A stretch of DNA of 64,000 nucleotides from a virus. Below, one piece after another: positions 48,415-56,677 of this stretch; within the stretch, counting starts at the first letter, position 1, and each line of letters begins with the position of its first letter. A program made the position numbers and the translations under genes. The stretch lies in the IMG/VR virus record IMGVR_UViG_3300033149_002876, positions 4,118-68,117 of that record; one strand, given 5' to 3'. The notes under the pieces are model-generated. The model did no database searches. It was not told where the DNA came from and saw only the letters and a list, made by a program, of their open reading frames with translations.

Positions 48415-49340
48415 AAATTTTAGTAACAGGTAGTAGTGGATTTATAGCCGGGCATTTGATTCAGGCTTTACTTGAACGTGGAAATGAAGTTACAGCTATT
48501 GATAAAAGAGTACCTTCAGATTGGATAGTCCATCAATTTTTAAAATATGAAGATCAATTAGATATTTGTCAAGGATACTTAACAGAAATTGTATGTAAAG
48601 AAGGAATGAGAAATATTCAAGTGGTTTATCATTTAGCTTCAGAAACTAATTTAGAAAAGTCAATGGGCAATCCTGTTCAAGCTCTTGAAGATGATTTAAC
48701 TTCCACTGTACAATTACTTGAGGCTTGTAAAGAAGTTTCTCCAGATGCCCGATTTATTTTTACTTCCAGTGCAGCTGTATATGGTCATACTTCAAAACAT
48801 AAAGTATCAGAAGAGGAAGCGGAAACAGCTGAAATGATTTCTACATATGGGATAAATAAAAGAGCTTGTGAATTTTATATTGACTTATATAAGAGAATTC
48901 ATAAATTATCAATAGGGTGTGTTCGATTTTTTAATGTATATGGACCTGGACAATTAAATCTTCAAGCTGTGATCCCATCTTTTATTTTAAGTGCTTTGAA
49001 AGACAAAGAGCTATTGATTAAAGGGGATGGAAGTCATACCCGGGATTTTGTTCATGTGAGTGATGTCGTTGAAGCTCTTTTATTAATGGGCAAGAGTAAT
49101 TGCCAGGGGATACTTAATGTAGGTACAGGGGAATCCCATTCAATAAAAGATTTAGTTGTTTATTTAGAAATTGAATTGAAGAAAAAATTACAAGTTGAAA
49201 ATATTTCTATGACAGAATGGGATATTAAACATAGTTGTGCTGATGTTTCTTCAATTGAGGAATTGATTGGCTGGAAAGCAAAGAAGAAATTGGATGAAGG
49301 ATTAAAAGATACAATAGAATATTATAAACAGATGATATAA
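48411..49340 (+). CDS. NAD-dependent nucleotide-sugar epimerase/dehydratase (GalE-like)
   Basis: GSSGFIAG, TSSAAVYG, YGINK, RFFNVYGP and RDFVHVSD. Confidence 0.92.
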   Translation: MKILVTGSSGFIAGHLIQALLERGNEVTAIDKRVPSDWIVHQFLKYEDQLDICQGYLTEIVCKEGMRNIQVVYHLASETNLEKSMGNPVQALEDDLTSTVQLLEACKEVSPDARFIFTSSAAVYGHTSKHKVSEEEAETAEMISTYGINKRACEFYIDLYKRIHKLSIGCVRFFNVYGPGQLNLQAVIPSFILSALKDKELLIKGDGSHTRDFVHVSDVVEALLLMGKSNCQGILNVGTGESHSIKDLVVYLEIELKKKLQVENISMTEWDIKHSCADVSSIEELIGWKAKKKLDEGLKDTIEYYKQMI

Positions 49341-49413
49341 AAAGATGGGGTTTCAGGGAACCTTCCCGAGTGTTCAGCCACGCTCTCAGAAAAGACCTTG
49401 GCCCCATCTTTTT
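49339..49413. terminator. Bidirectional terminator with two internal hairpins, between convergent operons
   Basis: AAAAAGATGGGG/CCCCATCTTTTT closing stem enclosing GGGAA-CC-TTCCC and GAGTGT-TCAGCC-ACGCTC. Confidence 0.7.
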
Positions 49414-49613
49414 TATTTTTTAAATAAAGTAATAGTATAAACAATTATATTTTCTTGAAATGATCCACGTCTGTGTTTAAGAAAATTTTTCACATGCCAA
49501 TGTTCTCTTTTACCACAATATGTAAAATATACTCCTTTATTTTTATCAAATGCTTCTTTTAGCTTTCTTACAACTCTTGTTTCTTGAGTAACAATAGTAA
49601 GTAATTCGTACAT
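49413..49613 (-). CDS. Hypothetical protein
   Basis: ORF; likely start MYELL after AAGGA. Confidence 0.5.
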   Translation of the reverse strand: MYELLTIVTQETRVVRKLKEAFDKNKGVYFTYCGKREHWHVKNFLKHRRGSFQENIIVYTITLFKK

Positions 49614-49614
49614 T

Positions 49615-49959
49615 TTATTTCCTTTCTTTTTTAATGTTATAAAAACGTTTATCAAAAGTTCGTACTTTCAAAGGCATATTATATTGACCAGGATTTGACA
49701 TATTACATCTTTCACATTCTCTAACACACCATTTATTAGGGAATTCATTAGATGATTTTGGTTTTGCATGGCCTCCTTCGTAACTTCCTGGATCTGTAGG
49801 AGCTTCTCCTAATTCATTATCAGCCAGCCACGTCCAATCATCTTCATCATCTGATAATTTAACATTTGGTCGTAGATTTGATCCCCATGCCTTACAACAA
49901 TTACTATCACAATTGACTTTCACTTTTTGTCCAAAAAAAGTAATTATAGCTTCTTTCAT
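49615..49959 (-). CDS. Cys-rich hypothetical phage protein
   Basis: CDSNCCKAWG...DPGSYEGG...NKWCVRECERC. Confidence 0.6.
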   Translation of the reverse strand: MKEAIITFFGQKVKVNCDSNCCKAWGSNLRPNVKLSDDEDDWTWLADNELGEAPTDPGSYEGGHAKPKSSNEFPNKWCVRECERCNMSNPGQYNMPLKVRTFDKRFYNIKKERK

Positions 49960-49970
49960 TTTCTTTTTCC

Positions 49971-50531
49971 TTATTCCAATTCAATAATTAAACCAATTTT
50001 CATTTCATCAATATGTGTTACCTGGATAAACTGAAAACCAAATTCCTCAGTTAGCATTACCAGCATCTCCGGGACTCTACTCAGATATCCTTTATCTTTA
50101 GATACATCACCAAAAGGTTGATCCAGAGCCATTGTGCGCCTGGGTCTTTTCTTTGATAGGAGCAAAGAGGATAGCCGGAGAGCGAATGCTACAATAACAA
50201 TGACTCCTCCCCCTACATTCTTTCTTTCTTTGCCATCCCGAATGAATAAGAGGTCTGCTTCAAGCTTTCCCCGTTTACGAATAAAGTTAATTTTGAATTC
50301 ATAAGGATCAGGGAAAATAGCTTGGAGGCATTTGTTAACAATATTAGCTATTTGTTTATGAACCTGTTGCTGGATTTCCTCTGCAGCTTCCTGGGCAATT
50401 TCTTGAGCCCGGAGAATATCAGCCAATTGCTCTTTGGCTTGTTTCAATTTCTCTTGTTCTGTTTTTTGGAGCTTGAGTGCATCAGTATATTTGTCTTTTA
50501 GATCCTCAATTTGTTTTTTAAGTTTGGTCAT
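49971..50531 (-). CDS. sbcC: Rad50/SbcC C-terminal half (coiled coil + ABC signature/Walker B)
   Basis: VGGGV...FALRL, MALDQPF and QFIQVTH; complements 54966-55994. Confidence 0.8.
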   Translation of the reverse strand: MTKLKKQIEDLKDKYTDALKLQKTEQEKLKQAKEQLADILRAQEIAQEAAEEIQQQVHKQIANIVNKCLQAIFPDPYEFKINFIRKRGKLEADLLFIRDGKERKNVGGGVIVIVAFALRLSSLLLSKKRPRRTMALDQPFGDVSKDKGYLSRVPEMLVMLTEEFGFQFIQVTHIDEMKIGLIIELE

Positions 50532-50626
50532 TACTTAACCCTCTTAAATAATTTCTTGCCTTCCATAAGAAGACAACCTATAAGCACTCCAATAAAAAGC
50601 ATTATTATATGACTCATTCTTTTTCC

Positions 50627-51037
50627 TTATGAAACTAATTTTTCCCAATCTCGTACTGCTAAAGCAAGAGCTTTTTCTTTTACTTCATTGATTGTTTCTT
50701 GTATTTCACAGAATTTTTCATACCTTTGAAAATAATGATAAACTGCTCCTCTTCGACCACAACGATTACAACGGACTTGAACATATATTTTATTTCTTTT
50801 ATTCCTACTTGTGATTTTAGTATTACCACCACATCCACATGGAGAAATCATTCCTGAACCAGTTTCAATTATAGGGATGATGTCTTCATCAACTCTAATA
50901 GCTGCAGCAACTTCCTTGCATGCATCATGAGCTTCTTTTAAAGATACACTTCTTCTTGCTCTGTGTTCTTTAACTGCTGTAATCATTCGATTATTTTTGA
51001 CCCAGTTAATTTCTTTTTCATTAAGTGTTGTTTTCAT
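50627..51037 (-). CDS. L7/L12-CTD-like domain fused to a Lar-like Zn ribbon
   Basis: ITAVKEHR...SLKEAHDAC followed by SPCGCGG...CNRCG...AVRDW. Confidence 0.5.
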   Translation of the reverse strand: MKTTLNEKEINWVKNNRMITAVKEHRARRSVSLKEAHDACKEVAAAIRVDEDIIPIIETGSGMISPCGCGGNTKITSRNKRNKIYVQVRCNRCGRRGAVYHYFQRYEKFCEIQETINEVKEKALALAVRDWEKLVS

Positions 51038-51049
51038 TTTCTTTCTCCT

Positions 51050-51256
51050 TTAATATCTAACGACTTTTGCAATATGCCCAAAAGGGATTTGACCAATTCT
51101 ATCTTCATCCCATTTTTTAATTTTATAAGTATGAGTAGTCACTGTATTATCATTTGGTTTGGGAGTTTTTAGAACTCTTGCGAAATTTCCGCTTTTTAGT
51201 TTTAATCTTGATCCTCTTCTTAATTTTAATCTTTTTGATTTTTTTCTTTTTCCCAT
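51050..51256 (-). CDS. Small basic protein
   Basis: ORF with AAGGAG SD. Confidence 0.5.
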   Translation of the reverse strand: MGKRKKSKRLKLRRGSRLKLKSGNFARVLKTPKPNDNTVTTHTYKIKKWDEDRIGQIPFGHIAKVVRY

Positions 51257-51470
51257 TCTTTTTCTCCTTTAAATTATGTGAACCTTTAAATTCTCCATTA
51301 CTCATTGCAACCCATTGTCCTTTATCATTGAGTTGGACTCTGTATCTTCTTCCAGTACAATCTTTAACAGTGACCCGATCTTTAGCATATCGTTTTACAA
51401 TCTCACCATATCGCCAGCCCTGGCAATAGAAAGAAAGGCAATCTTCTTTTGCTGCTGTTATTTTTTTCAT
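51150..51470 (-). CDS. Hypothetical protein (SH3-like beta N-terminus)
   Basis: ORF directly after motif copy 3. Confidence 0.5.
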   Translation of the reverse strand: MKKITAAKEDCLSFYCQGWRYGEIVKRYAKDRVTVKDCTGRRYRVQLNDKGQWVAMSNGEFKGSHNLKEKKNGKKKKIKKIKIKKRIKIKTKKRKFRKSSKNSQTK

Positions 51471-51479
51471 AGTATTTCC

Positions 51480-51495
51480 TATATTATTATCTTTT
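51480..51495 (-). promoter_or_regulatory. AAAAGATAATAATATA motif, copy 3
   Basis: Exact 16-mer 9 nt upstream of ATG 51470. Confidence 0.7.
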
Positions 51496-51725
51496 TAAAA
51501 AGCAAAATTTGTGGATCTTCCTTTCTTGAATTGATCACTGGCATGGTTGCTACACCAATTATAAGCATCTTTAAATTTGTCACTGTCTTTGTGTAATAAG
51601 GAATCATTCATATGTTGAATTATTTTTAAACGGGGGTGTTTGTCATAATATTCATTTGTAGTATGATTTCCTTCAGCAGTAATTTTTACCATAGTTCCTA
51701 AAAATGAAAAACATATAATGATCAT
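51495..51725 (-). CDS. Small protein with N-terminal hydrophobic segment
   Basis: MIIICFSFLGTMV; start uncertain. Confidence 0.45.
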   Translation of the reverse strand: MIIICFSFLGTMVKITAEGNHTTNEYYDKHPRLKIIQHMNDSLLHKDSDKFKDAYNWCSNHASDQFKKGRSTNFAF

Positions 51726-51922
51726 GACCAATCCCCTTTTAATCTTTTTTCGATCTCCCAACAGGTCCAACAAATTTCTCTACTCGTGTTTAAATTTTTC
51801 ATTATTTGTTTTTGCTTTATTCGGCTTTCTTCAAAGTCTTTTATGGTATGTATTCCCACTTCAGTTAAATGCTTTTGAAGTTTTTTAGTTAATGCTTTTT
51901 TAGCTTTTTTAGTTCTGAGCAT
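51722..51922 (-). CDS. Hypothetical protein
   Basis: ORF with CWTC. Confidence 0.55.
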   Translation of the reverse strand: MLRTKKAKKALTKKLQKHLTEVGIHTIKDFEESRIKQKQIMKNLNTSREICWTCWEIEKRLKGDWS

Positions 51923-51924
51923 TT

Positions 51925-52275
51925 TTATTTTTCCTCTATAATTTTTTTTACTCTGGCAAGTAATTTAGAATCAGGTTTTGTATCCGTAATAAAAAGAGCA
52001 ATCAATTGAGCCAAAATAGCTGTGCTCTTTTTTAATTTCTTTTTCAATTTTTCATGTTCCTTTCCTAATTTATCTAACCTATGCCAAGGTGAGTTTTTTT
52101 GTTTTTCTAAAAATTTACGTTCTTTTTCTTCTTCTCTTTTTTTTACTGAATCAGGATGGTGCTGTTTACAAAATCCATCTTTTACAGTTTTTCTTGAACA
52201 TTGATACCGGTGCCAACCAGTAGGACTCCATACCAGTACTTTACAATAATCTTTTTTTAATTCAATTTCTGTCAT
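51925..52275 (-). CDS. Zn-finger + coiled-coil protein
   Basis: C...QCSRK...FCKQHHP. Confidence 0.6.
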   Translation of the reverse strand: MTEIELKKDYCKVLVWSPTGWHRYQCSRKTVKDGFCKQHHPDSVKKREEEKERKFLEKQKNSPWHRLDKLGKEHEKLKKKLKKSTAILAQLIALFITDTKPDSKLLARVKKIIEEK

Positions 52276-52290
52276 TCTTTTTTCCTCAAA

Positions 52291-52449
52291 TTAAACAAAC
52301 GGATTTTCAACAAGACCATTCAACATATCTTCAGCCAAGCCCTGGGCATCTTCCCACTCCTCTTGCAGTTGTCCTTCAGTCATTCCTTCTGTGACCACCT
52401 GTTCAAAGAGTGCTTCAGTTAAATTAAAAAGTTCTGTTTTACTTGTCAT
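52291..52449 (-). CDS. Small highly acidic protein (52 aa)
   Basis: Manually read MTSKTELFNLTEALFEQVVTEGMTEGQLQEEWEDAQGLAEDMLNGLVENPFV; AGGA SD. Confidence 0.65.
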   Translation of the reverse strand: MTSKTELFNLTEALFEQVVTEGMTEGQLQEEWEDAQGLAEDMLNGLVENPFV

Positions 52450-52458
52450 TTTATTATC

Positions 52459-52671
52459 CTAATAGAAAAGTTTACCATCAATTACATCAACTTCATTTCC
52501 AGCTGCTTCCCAATAATGACAAAAAATTTCATACCCTTCTTCTTCAGGAAATTTCTCTTTTATGATTGGTAATATTTTCTTAAGATCTTTTTCTGTTTTA
52601 ATACTCCGTGAATCTGTTGCAAAAAAATGACTTCCATTTAAACTAACATTGATTTCATAATAATTTTCCAT
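52459..52671 (-). CDS. Hypothetical early protein
   Basis: YEINVSLNGSHFFAT...KFPEEEGY; first gene after the sigma70 promoter. Confidence 0.65.
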   Translation of the reverse strand: MENYYEINVSLNGSHFFATDSRSIKTEKDLKKILPIIKEKFPEEEGYEIFCHYWEAAGNEVDVIDGKLFY

Positions 52672-52721
52672 CTTATATTCCTTTTAAAAAAGTAAAATCG
52701 AATTCTTTAAGAACTATAAGA

Positions 52722-52750
52722 AGTATAACATATAATCATTAAAAAAGCAA
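52722..52750 (-). promoter_or_regulatory. Host sigma70-type early promoter TTGCTT-17-TATACT with extended -10 TG
   Basis: Shares GATTATATGTTATA.T.CTTATAGTT with the promoter at 9000. Confidence 0.78.
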
Positions 52751-52781
52751 CATAAAAATAAAAAAACTTTAACATATAATC

Positions 52782-52822
52782 AAAAACCCCTCTAAACTAT
52801 CAATATCAACAGCTTAGAGGGG
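52782..52822 (-). terminator. Intrinsic terminator after the TopoVI-A-like gene
   Basis: CCCCTCTAA/TTAGAGGGG stem followed by a T-run on the minus strand. Confidence 0.65.
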
Positions 52823-52848
52823 CAAAAATATTTTAAGAAAATAACAGA

Positions 52849-53817
52849 TTATAAATGTTCCATCATCTTTTTCAATCTCTTAACTTCCCTCTTCTCTTTT
52901 CGTTCTGCTTTCTTCCATTCCTTTTCATCTAAATATATCTTTACTTCATCAGAAATAAGTTTACATAAGGTCTCAGGATCAAGGGCATCCAATTCCCAGG
53001 CCTTATTTCCAAATTTCTTAATATACTTTTTAGCTCTTGTGTCTGTTATCTTTGCAGGACTGGGAGGTGGTTTAAATTTTTTAATTTGGTTTTGATTTAA
53101 TGCTAATCTTTCAACTATTATTTCAAGAGGTTTCCCATTCTTTGTTTTTATATGATGATTGATAAAAAGCTCAAGCCTTTCTTTAATATCTCTGCTCATA
53201 TCTATTCCACTTGGATCATGATCTCCAAAATGTAATATTATAGGAACTTGTTTTTGTTCAAGGATAATATCAACAAATCGTAGACCTGTTCGCCACATAG
53301 ATGATTGAGAAGCATATCCACGACAAGAGAAGCAGGGAATACGAAGCTTTGCACAGGTGGGTTCTATCACTCCAATCAAAGCATCTTTTTCAATCCATAC
53401 TTCTGGTCTTGTTTTTTGAGTTTCATATAAATCTCTTTTATAGGAATCAATAGTTGATTGAACTATTTCTTCTGGACTATCCCAGGTGGATACTCTACGA
53501 ATAAATCGAGTCCTATCTACAATAGCATTCCAATCTATTAATCCTGCAAGCCTGGCATTGCTAATTGTTCTTTCTAACCAATCGTAATTTGGTTGAGCAT
53601 TTTTAGTTCCTTCTCTTGTATCTTTAATCCATTTTTTCCCTGTCCAGGAATAACGTCTATTCTCCGGGAAAGTATCAAGAGCAATAAATTGATAATAAAG
53701 CTGACGAAGGGTCATGTCAAATCCCTTCTTCATATAATTGTTTATTATCTCATCAGCTTTTTGAATTAAATATTTGGCGTCTGTATAGAACTGTTTTTCA
53801 ACATAAGCAATTTTCAT
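52849..53817 (-). CDS. Topoisomerase VI-A / Spo11-like protein (phage Mini-A type)
   Basis: TLRQLYY (catalytic-Tyr motif), WIEKDAL, RGYAS, GDHDPSG and WELDAL. Confidence 0.8.
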   Translation of the reverse strand: MKIAYVEKQFYTDAKYLIQKADEIINNYMKKGFDMTLRQLYYQFIALDTFPENRRYSWTGKKWIKDTREGTKNAQPNYDWLERTISNARLAGLIDWNAIVDRTRFIRRVSTWDSPEEIVQSTIDSYKRDLYETQKTRPEVWIEKDALIGVIEPTCAKLRIPCFSCRGYASQSSMWRTGLRFVDIILEQKQVPIILHFGDHDPSGIDMSRDIKERLELFINHHIKTKNGKPLEIIVERLALNQNQIKKFKPPPSPAKITDTRAKKYIKKFGNKAWELDALDPETLCKLISDEVKIYLDEKEWKKAERKEKREVKRLKKMMEHL

Positions 53818-54068
53818 TCTTCTTCTCCTAGTTTATCACCCCATTTTTCCATGAAAGAATTTAGGCTAGACTCATATTCATTATCTATTTTTTTCAATTT
53901 CACTTCTGTCTTCTTTAAGGATTGTTGACCTTGTTTAAAACTTGAGCATTTGAATTTTTCTTTTAATGTTTCCATCTGTTGTTCAACTCTTCCTTTGGCC
54001 CGGTCTTTCTCCTGGCCTAATTTTTTAACTTCTTTTTCTATTCTTAGTACAGTATTTATATCAACCAC
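53814..54068 (-). CDS. Coiled-coil protein (middle segment of split Rad50)
   Basis: Heptad-rich 84 aa protein coupled to sbcD. Confidence 0.55.
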   Translation of the reverse strand: MVDINTVLRIEKEVKKLGQEKDRAKGRVEQQMETLKEKFKCSSFKQGQQSLKKTEVKLKKIDNEYESSLNSFMEKWGDKLGEEE

Positions 54069-55002
54069 GATCTAATGCCTCCAACATATGTTTTCTTACT
54101 TTATTTTTTACTGAATACTTTCCCATAAGGAATTCAACAGCTTCAATGAAATCAAAATTATGAACTTGAGCTTCTTTCAATCCATGTAATACATCAGCTA
54201 CTTCTTTAGTAGTTCCTACAAAAGTTCCTTTGAAATCATCTTCCAAACTTTTAAATTTTTCATTCTTTCTACTTATCCAATGAGTTATTATTTTACCTGA
54301 AGAACATAACAGACCTATTCTGGGTCTATATTCCTTCTCATGTAATTTTCTTCTCATCAGAGTTCCACAATTCCATACGGGTACTCCATTCAATTTTGTT
54401 TTGAACCCTTTGTGATTATCTCCAAACACAACAGTGTGATATCCTTTTACTCGTTCTTTGTATTTGGATATATGATTATTACGAGAAGCTTTCTTATAAG
54501 TAAAATTCTTTTTCCAGAAGTAATCGTGAGATAAAGCAACATGATATTTTCCTTTGATTTTGTTTTTTAAAGATTCTAATTTTCTTCCCCAGGGAAAGCC
54601 ATGAAGTATAATTCCATTTTTAGCCATTATAGGTTCTTCTGTTATCACTGGGATTATTCTATCAGCAAGACATAAGGTCCAGAATGCTGAATTTTCAATT
54701 CGTTCAATATTATGAAGAGGCAAATCATGTTGTCCTGGTACTGCATACATTTCTGGTAAAAACTTTAAAGCAAAGTTAATCAGAGCAGGTTGAGCAGCCC
54801 AATGATTAAAAATATCTCCAGCACATAATATAGGAGCATTATAACGAGAAGATAATTCAGCTAGATTATCCAATGATTTTTTCATAGTACGAAACCAATT
54901 GGACTCCTCTCTCCGTACCCGGGGAGGATCAAGACTCAGATGAATGTCAGCACAAAGAATTGCAATTACTTTGTCGTCACCTGGCTCCCGCATAGTGGAC
55001 AT
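54061..55002 (-). CDS. sbcD: Mre11/SbcD-like nuclease
   Basis: ADIH, AGDIF, PGQHD, SH and GDNH metallophosphoesterase motifs; start uncertain. Confidence 0.88.
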   Translation of the reverse strand: MSTMREPGDDKVIAILCADIHLSLDPPRVRREESNWFRTMKKSLDNLAELSSRYNAPILCAGDIFNHWAAQPALINFALKFLPEMYAVPGQHDLPLHNIERIENSAFWTLCLADRIIPVITEEPIMAKNGIILHGFPWGRKLESLKNKIKGKYHVALSHDYFWKKNFTYKKASRNNHISKYKERVKGYHTVVFGDNHKGFKTKLNGVPVWNCGTLMRRKLHEKEYRPRIGLLCSSGKIITHWISRKNEKFKSLEDDFKGTFVGTTKEVADVLHGLKEAQVHNFDFIEAVEFLMGKYSVKNKVRKHMLEALDRG

Positions 55003-55994
55003 GTTTTTCCTATCATCTTTCTTAGCTTTCTTTTTTTTGATGATAGTTCTTTTTCTTTTTGACATACTATTTTCTTCTCCAATATTATTTTATCAATACA
55101 TTTAGATAGTTCTTTATAAAATCGTTTTGCTTTTTTGTATTTATTAGTAATTGAAATAAGAGGTTTGATATCAGGAATAACAGCTTCAGAAATAATCATA
55201 TCTTTTTCAAGGTTCTCCAGTAGATTAGATAGGGTTTTCACTTTGAGGGCTGTATTTTTATATTGATTCCCTATTTTCACTAGCTTCTGGCCTTCTGAAT
55301 GAGCTTCTCCAAGCGTTTTAGCCTTTAGTGAGTACTTTCCTATGTCTTTTATAGATATGGCCAGAGAATTGAAATAAGAGCGTCCTTTTTCTATCCGGGT
55401 TTCCATCTTCTCCAGTTGTTTGTATTCTTTTACCATTGGCTTTACAAATGCCATTTGTTTTAATAATGTTTCTGTTTCATCTAAATGTTTTTGAGATAGC
55501 TTGACTTCAGTATTTCCTTGACGTACTTTAGAGGATAATTTATATAAAGTGGTATCAATTATTTCCAGGTCAACTATTTGATTTAATTGTTTGCTTACTT
55601 CTCCAGGAGAAATATGAAACCAATAAGGAGCATCAAATTGAAATTGGAAATTTAGCTCTTCCATATTCAGAAACTTTTTAACTTCGTCAGGAACACTCTG
55701 GCCAAAGGCTTCAAGTTTTAATTTATTGATTTTATAGTTGTTGATTCCTTTTCCCTTTTTTCGGGATACAATACCTTTATCAGTTTTGATTCCTACATAA
55801 GCAGGCTTGTTTTCATCTCGAATAAAAGAATCTGCTGGACCATTATATTTATTTGTTGCAATCCATCTAATAGCTCTGATGATTGAACTTTTTCCTAAAT
55901 CTGTTGCTCCGGTGAAGGTAGTAATATGAGGATCAAGCTTTGCCCGGAATAGATCATGGGCTTCAAAGTTTTTTATTATGAGTTCTTTAATCAT
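54966..55994 (-). CDS. sbcC: Rad50/SbcC N-terminal half (Walker A to Zn hook)
   Basis: IKNFEAH, GATDLGKSSIIRA, Q-loop FQFQFD, coiled coil, ending in TCPLCG. Confidence 0.88.
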   Translation of the reverse strand: MIKELIIKNFEAHDLFRAKLDPHITTFTGATDLGKSSIIRAIRWIATNKYNGPADSFIRDENKPAYVGIKTDKGIVSRKKGKGINNYKINKLKLEAFGQSVPDEVKKFLNMEELNFQFQFDAPYWFHISPGEVSKQLNQIVDLEIIDTTLYKLSSKVRQGNTEVKLSQKHLDETETLLKQMAFVKPMVKEYKQLEKMETRIEKGRSYFNSLAISIKDIGKYSLKAKTLGEAHSEGQKLVKIGNQYKNTALKVKTLSNLLENLEKDMIISEAVIPDIKPLISITNKYKKAKRFYKELSKCIDKIILEKKIVCQKEKELSSKKRKLRKMIGKTCPLCGSQVTTK

Positions 55995-56193
55995 TTTTTA
56001 ATTCATCAGGTATAATAGGACATTCTTCTACAACGCAAAAGCATTCATTATGGTATGGAGGATAACCAACTTTATCAGCGTTTAATCCATTTTTTGATAA
56101 ACAAATTGGATGATCTATTTTTGAACATGGAATACTTATAACAACAGTTGGTTCTGTTTCCCATTCATCCAAATCAGGCAAGTTGTCAAACAT
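55987..56193 (-). CDS. Small Cys-rich hypothetical protein
   Basis: ORF overlapping both neighbours. Confidence 0.5.
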   Translation of the reverse strand: MFDNLPDLDEWETEPTVVISIPCSKIDHPICLSKNGLNADKVGYPPYHNECFCVVEECPIIPDELKND

Positions 56194-56677
56194 CCCAATC
56201 TCCTGCTACAGTTCTTTTTCCATATTCGGCTATGCATAATGCATCGGCCATCCCGTCTGAATCTTTTCTACTTCTTTTTGTAGGCAATAAATTTACTTTG
56301 GGCCAAAGTCTTTTAGCTATAATGATGCTAACATCTTTTGAACCTTTTGGCATACCTTTGCATATAACTTTTTTCCAAGCTTGTGGGGTCACTAAAGTAT
56401 AAGGCAATCCCAGTCCAACGCAGATTCCCCGGATCAATCCCCAACCAGTTCCAAAATTAAACATACTGGTCACCCCCTGTCCGGGCATTGCATGAACCTT
56501 TTCAATAAAAACATGACCCACTTTATATTTTAATAAGCATTTTCTTAATTTTCGTTCATCCAAAGCATTTTTGGTTTTGGTTATTTTAAGAGTGGGCATT
56601 GGTAATACTTTTACTTTATTATTTTTTATAAAACCAATAGCTCCTTTTAATCCGGGATCAATTCCTACAACAATCAT
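56186..56677 (-). CDS. ruvC: RuvC-like Holliday junction resolvase
   Basis: VGIDPG, FIEKV, SMFNFG, PQAWKK and DGMADAL. Confidence 0.88.
   Translation of the reverse strand: MIVVGIDPGLKGAIGFIKNNKVKVLPMPTLKITKTKNALDERKLRKCLLKYKVGHVFIEKVHAMPGQGVTSMFNFGTGWGLIRGICVGLGLPYTLVTPQAWKKVICKGMPKGSKDVSIIIAKRLWPKVNLLPTKRSRKDSDGMADALCIAEYGKRTVAGDWDV

Noticed and set aside
39218-49340. Host LPS/capsule locus flanking a prophage
   Set aside because: It is contiguous with tail genes, has phage genes on both sides and similar composition, and lacks flippase, polymerase or export genes and att/integrase.
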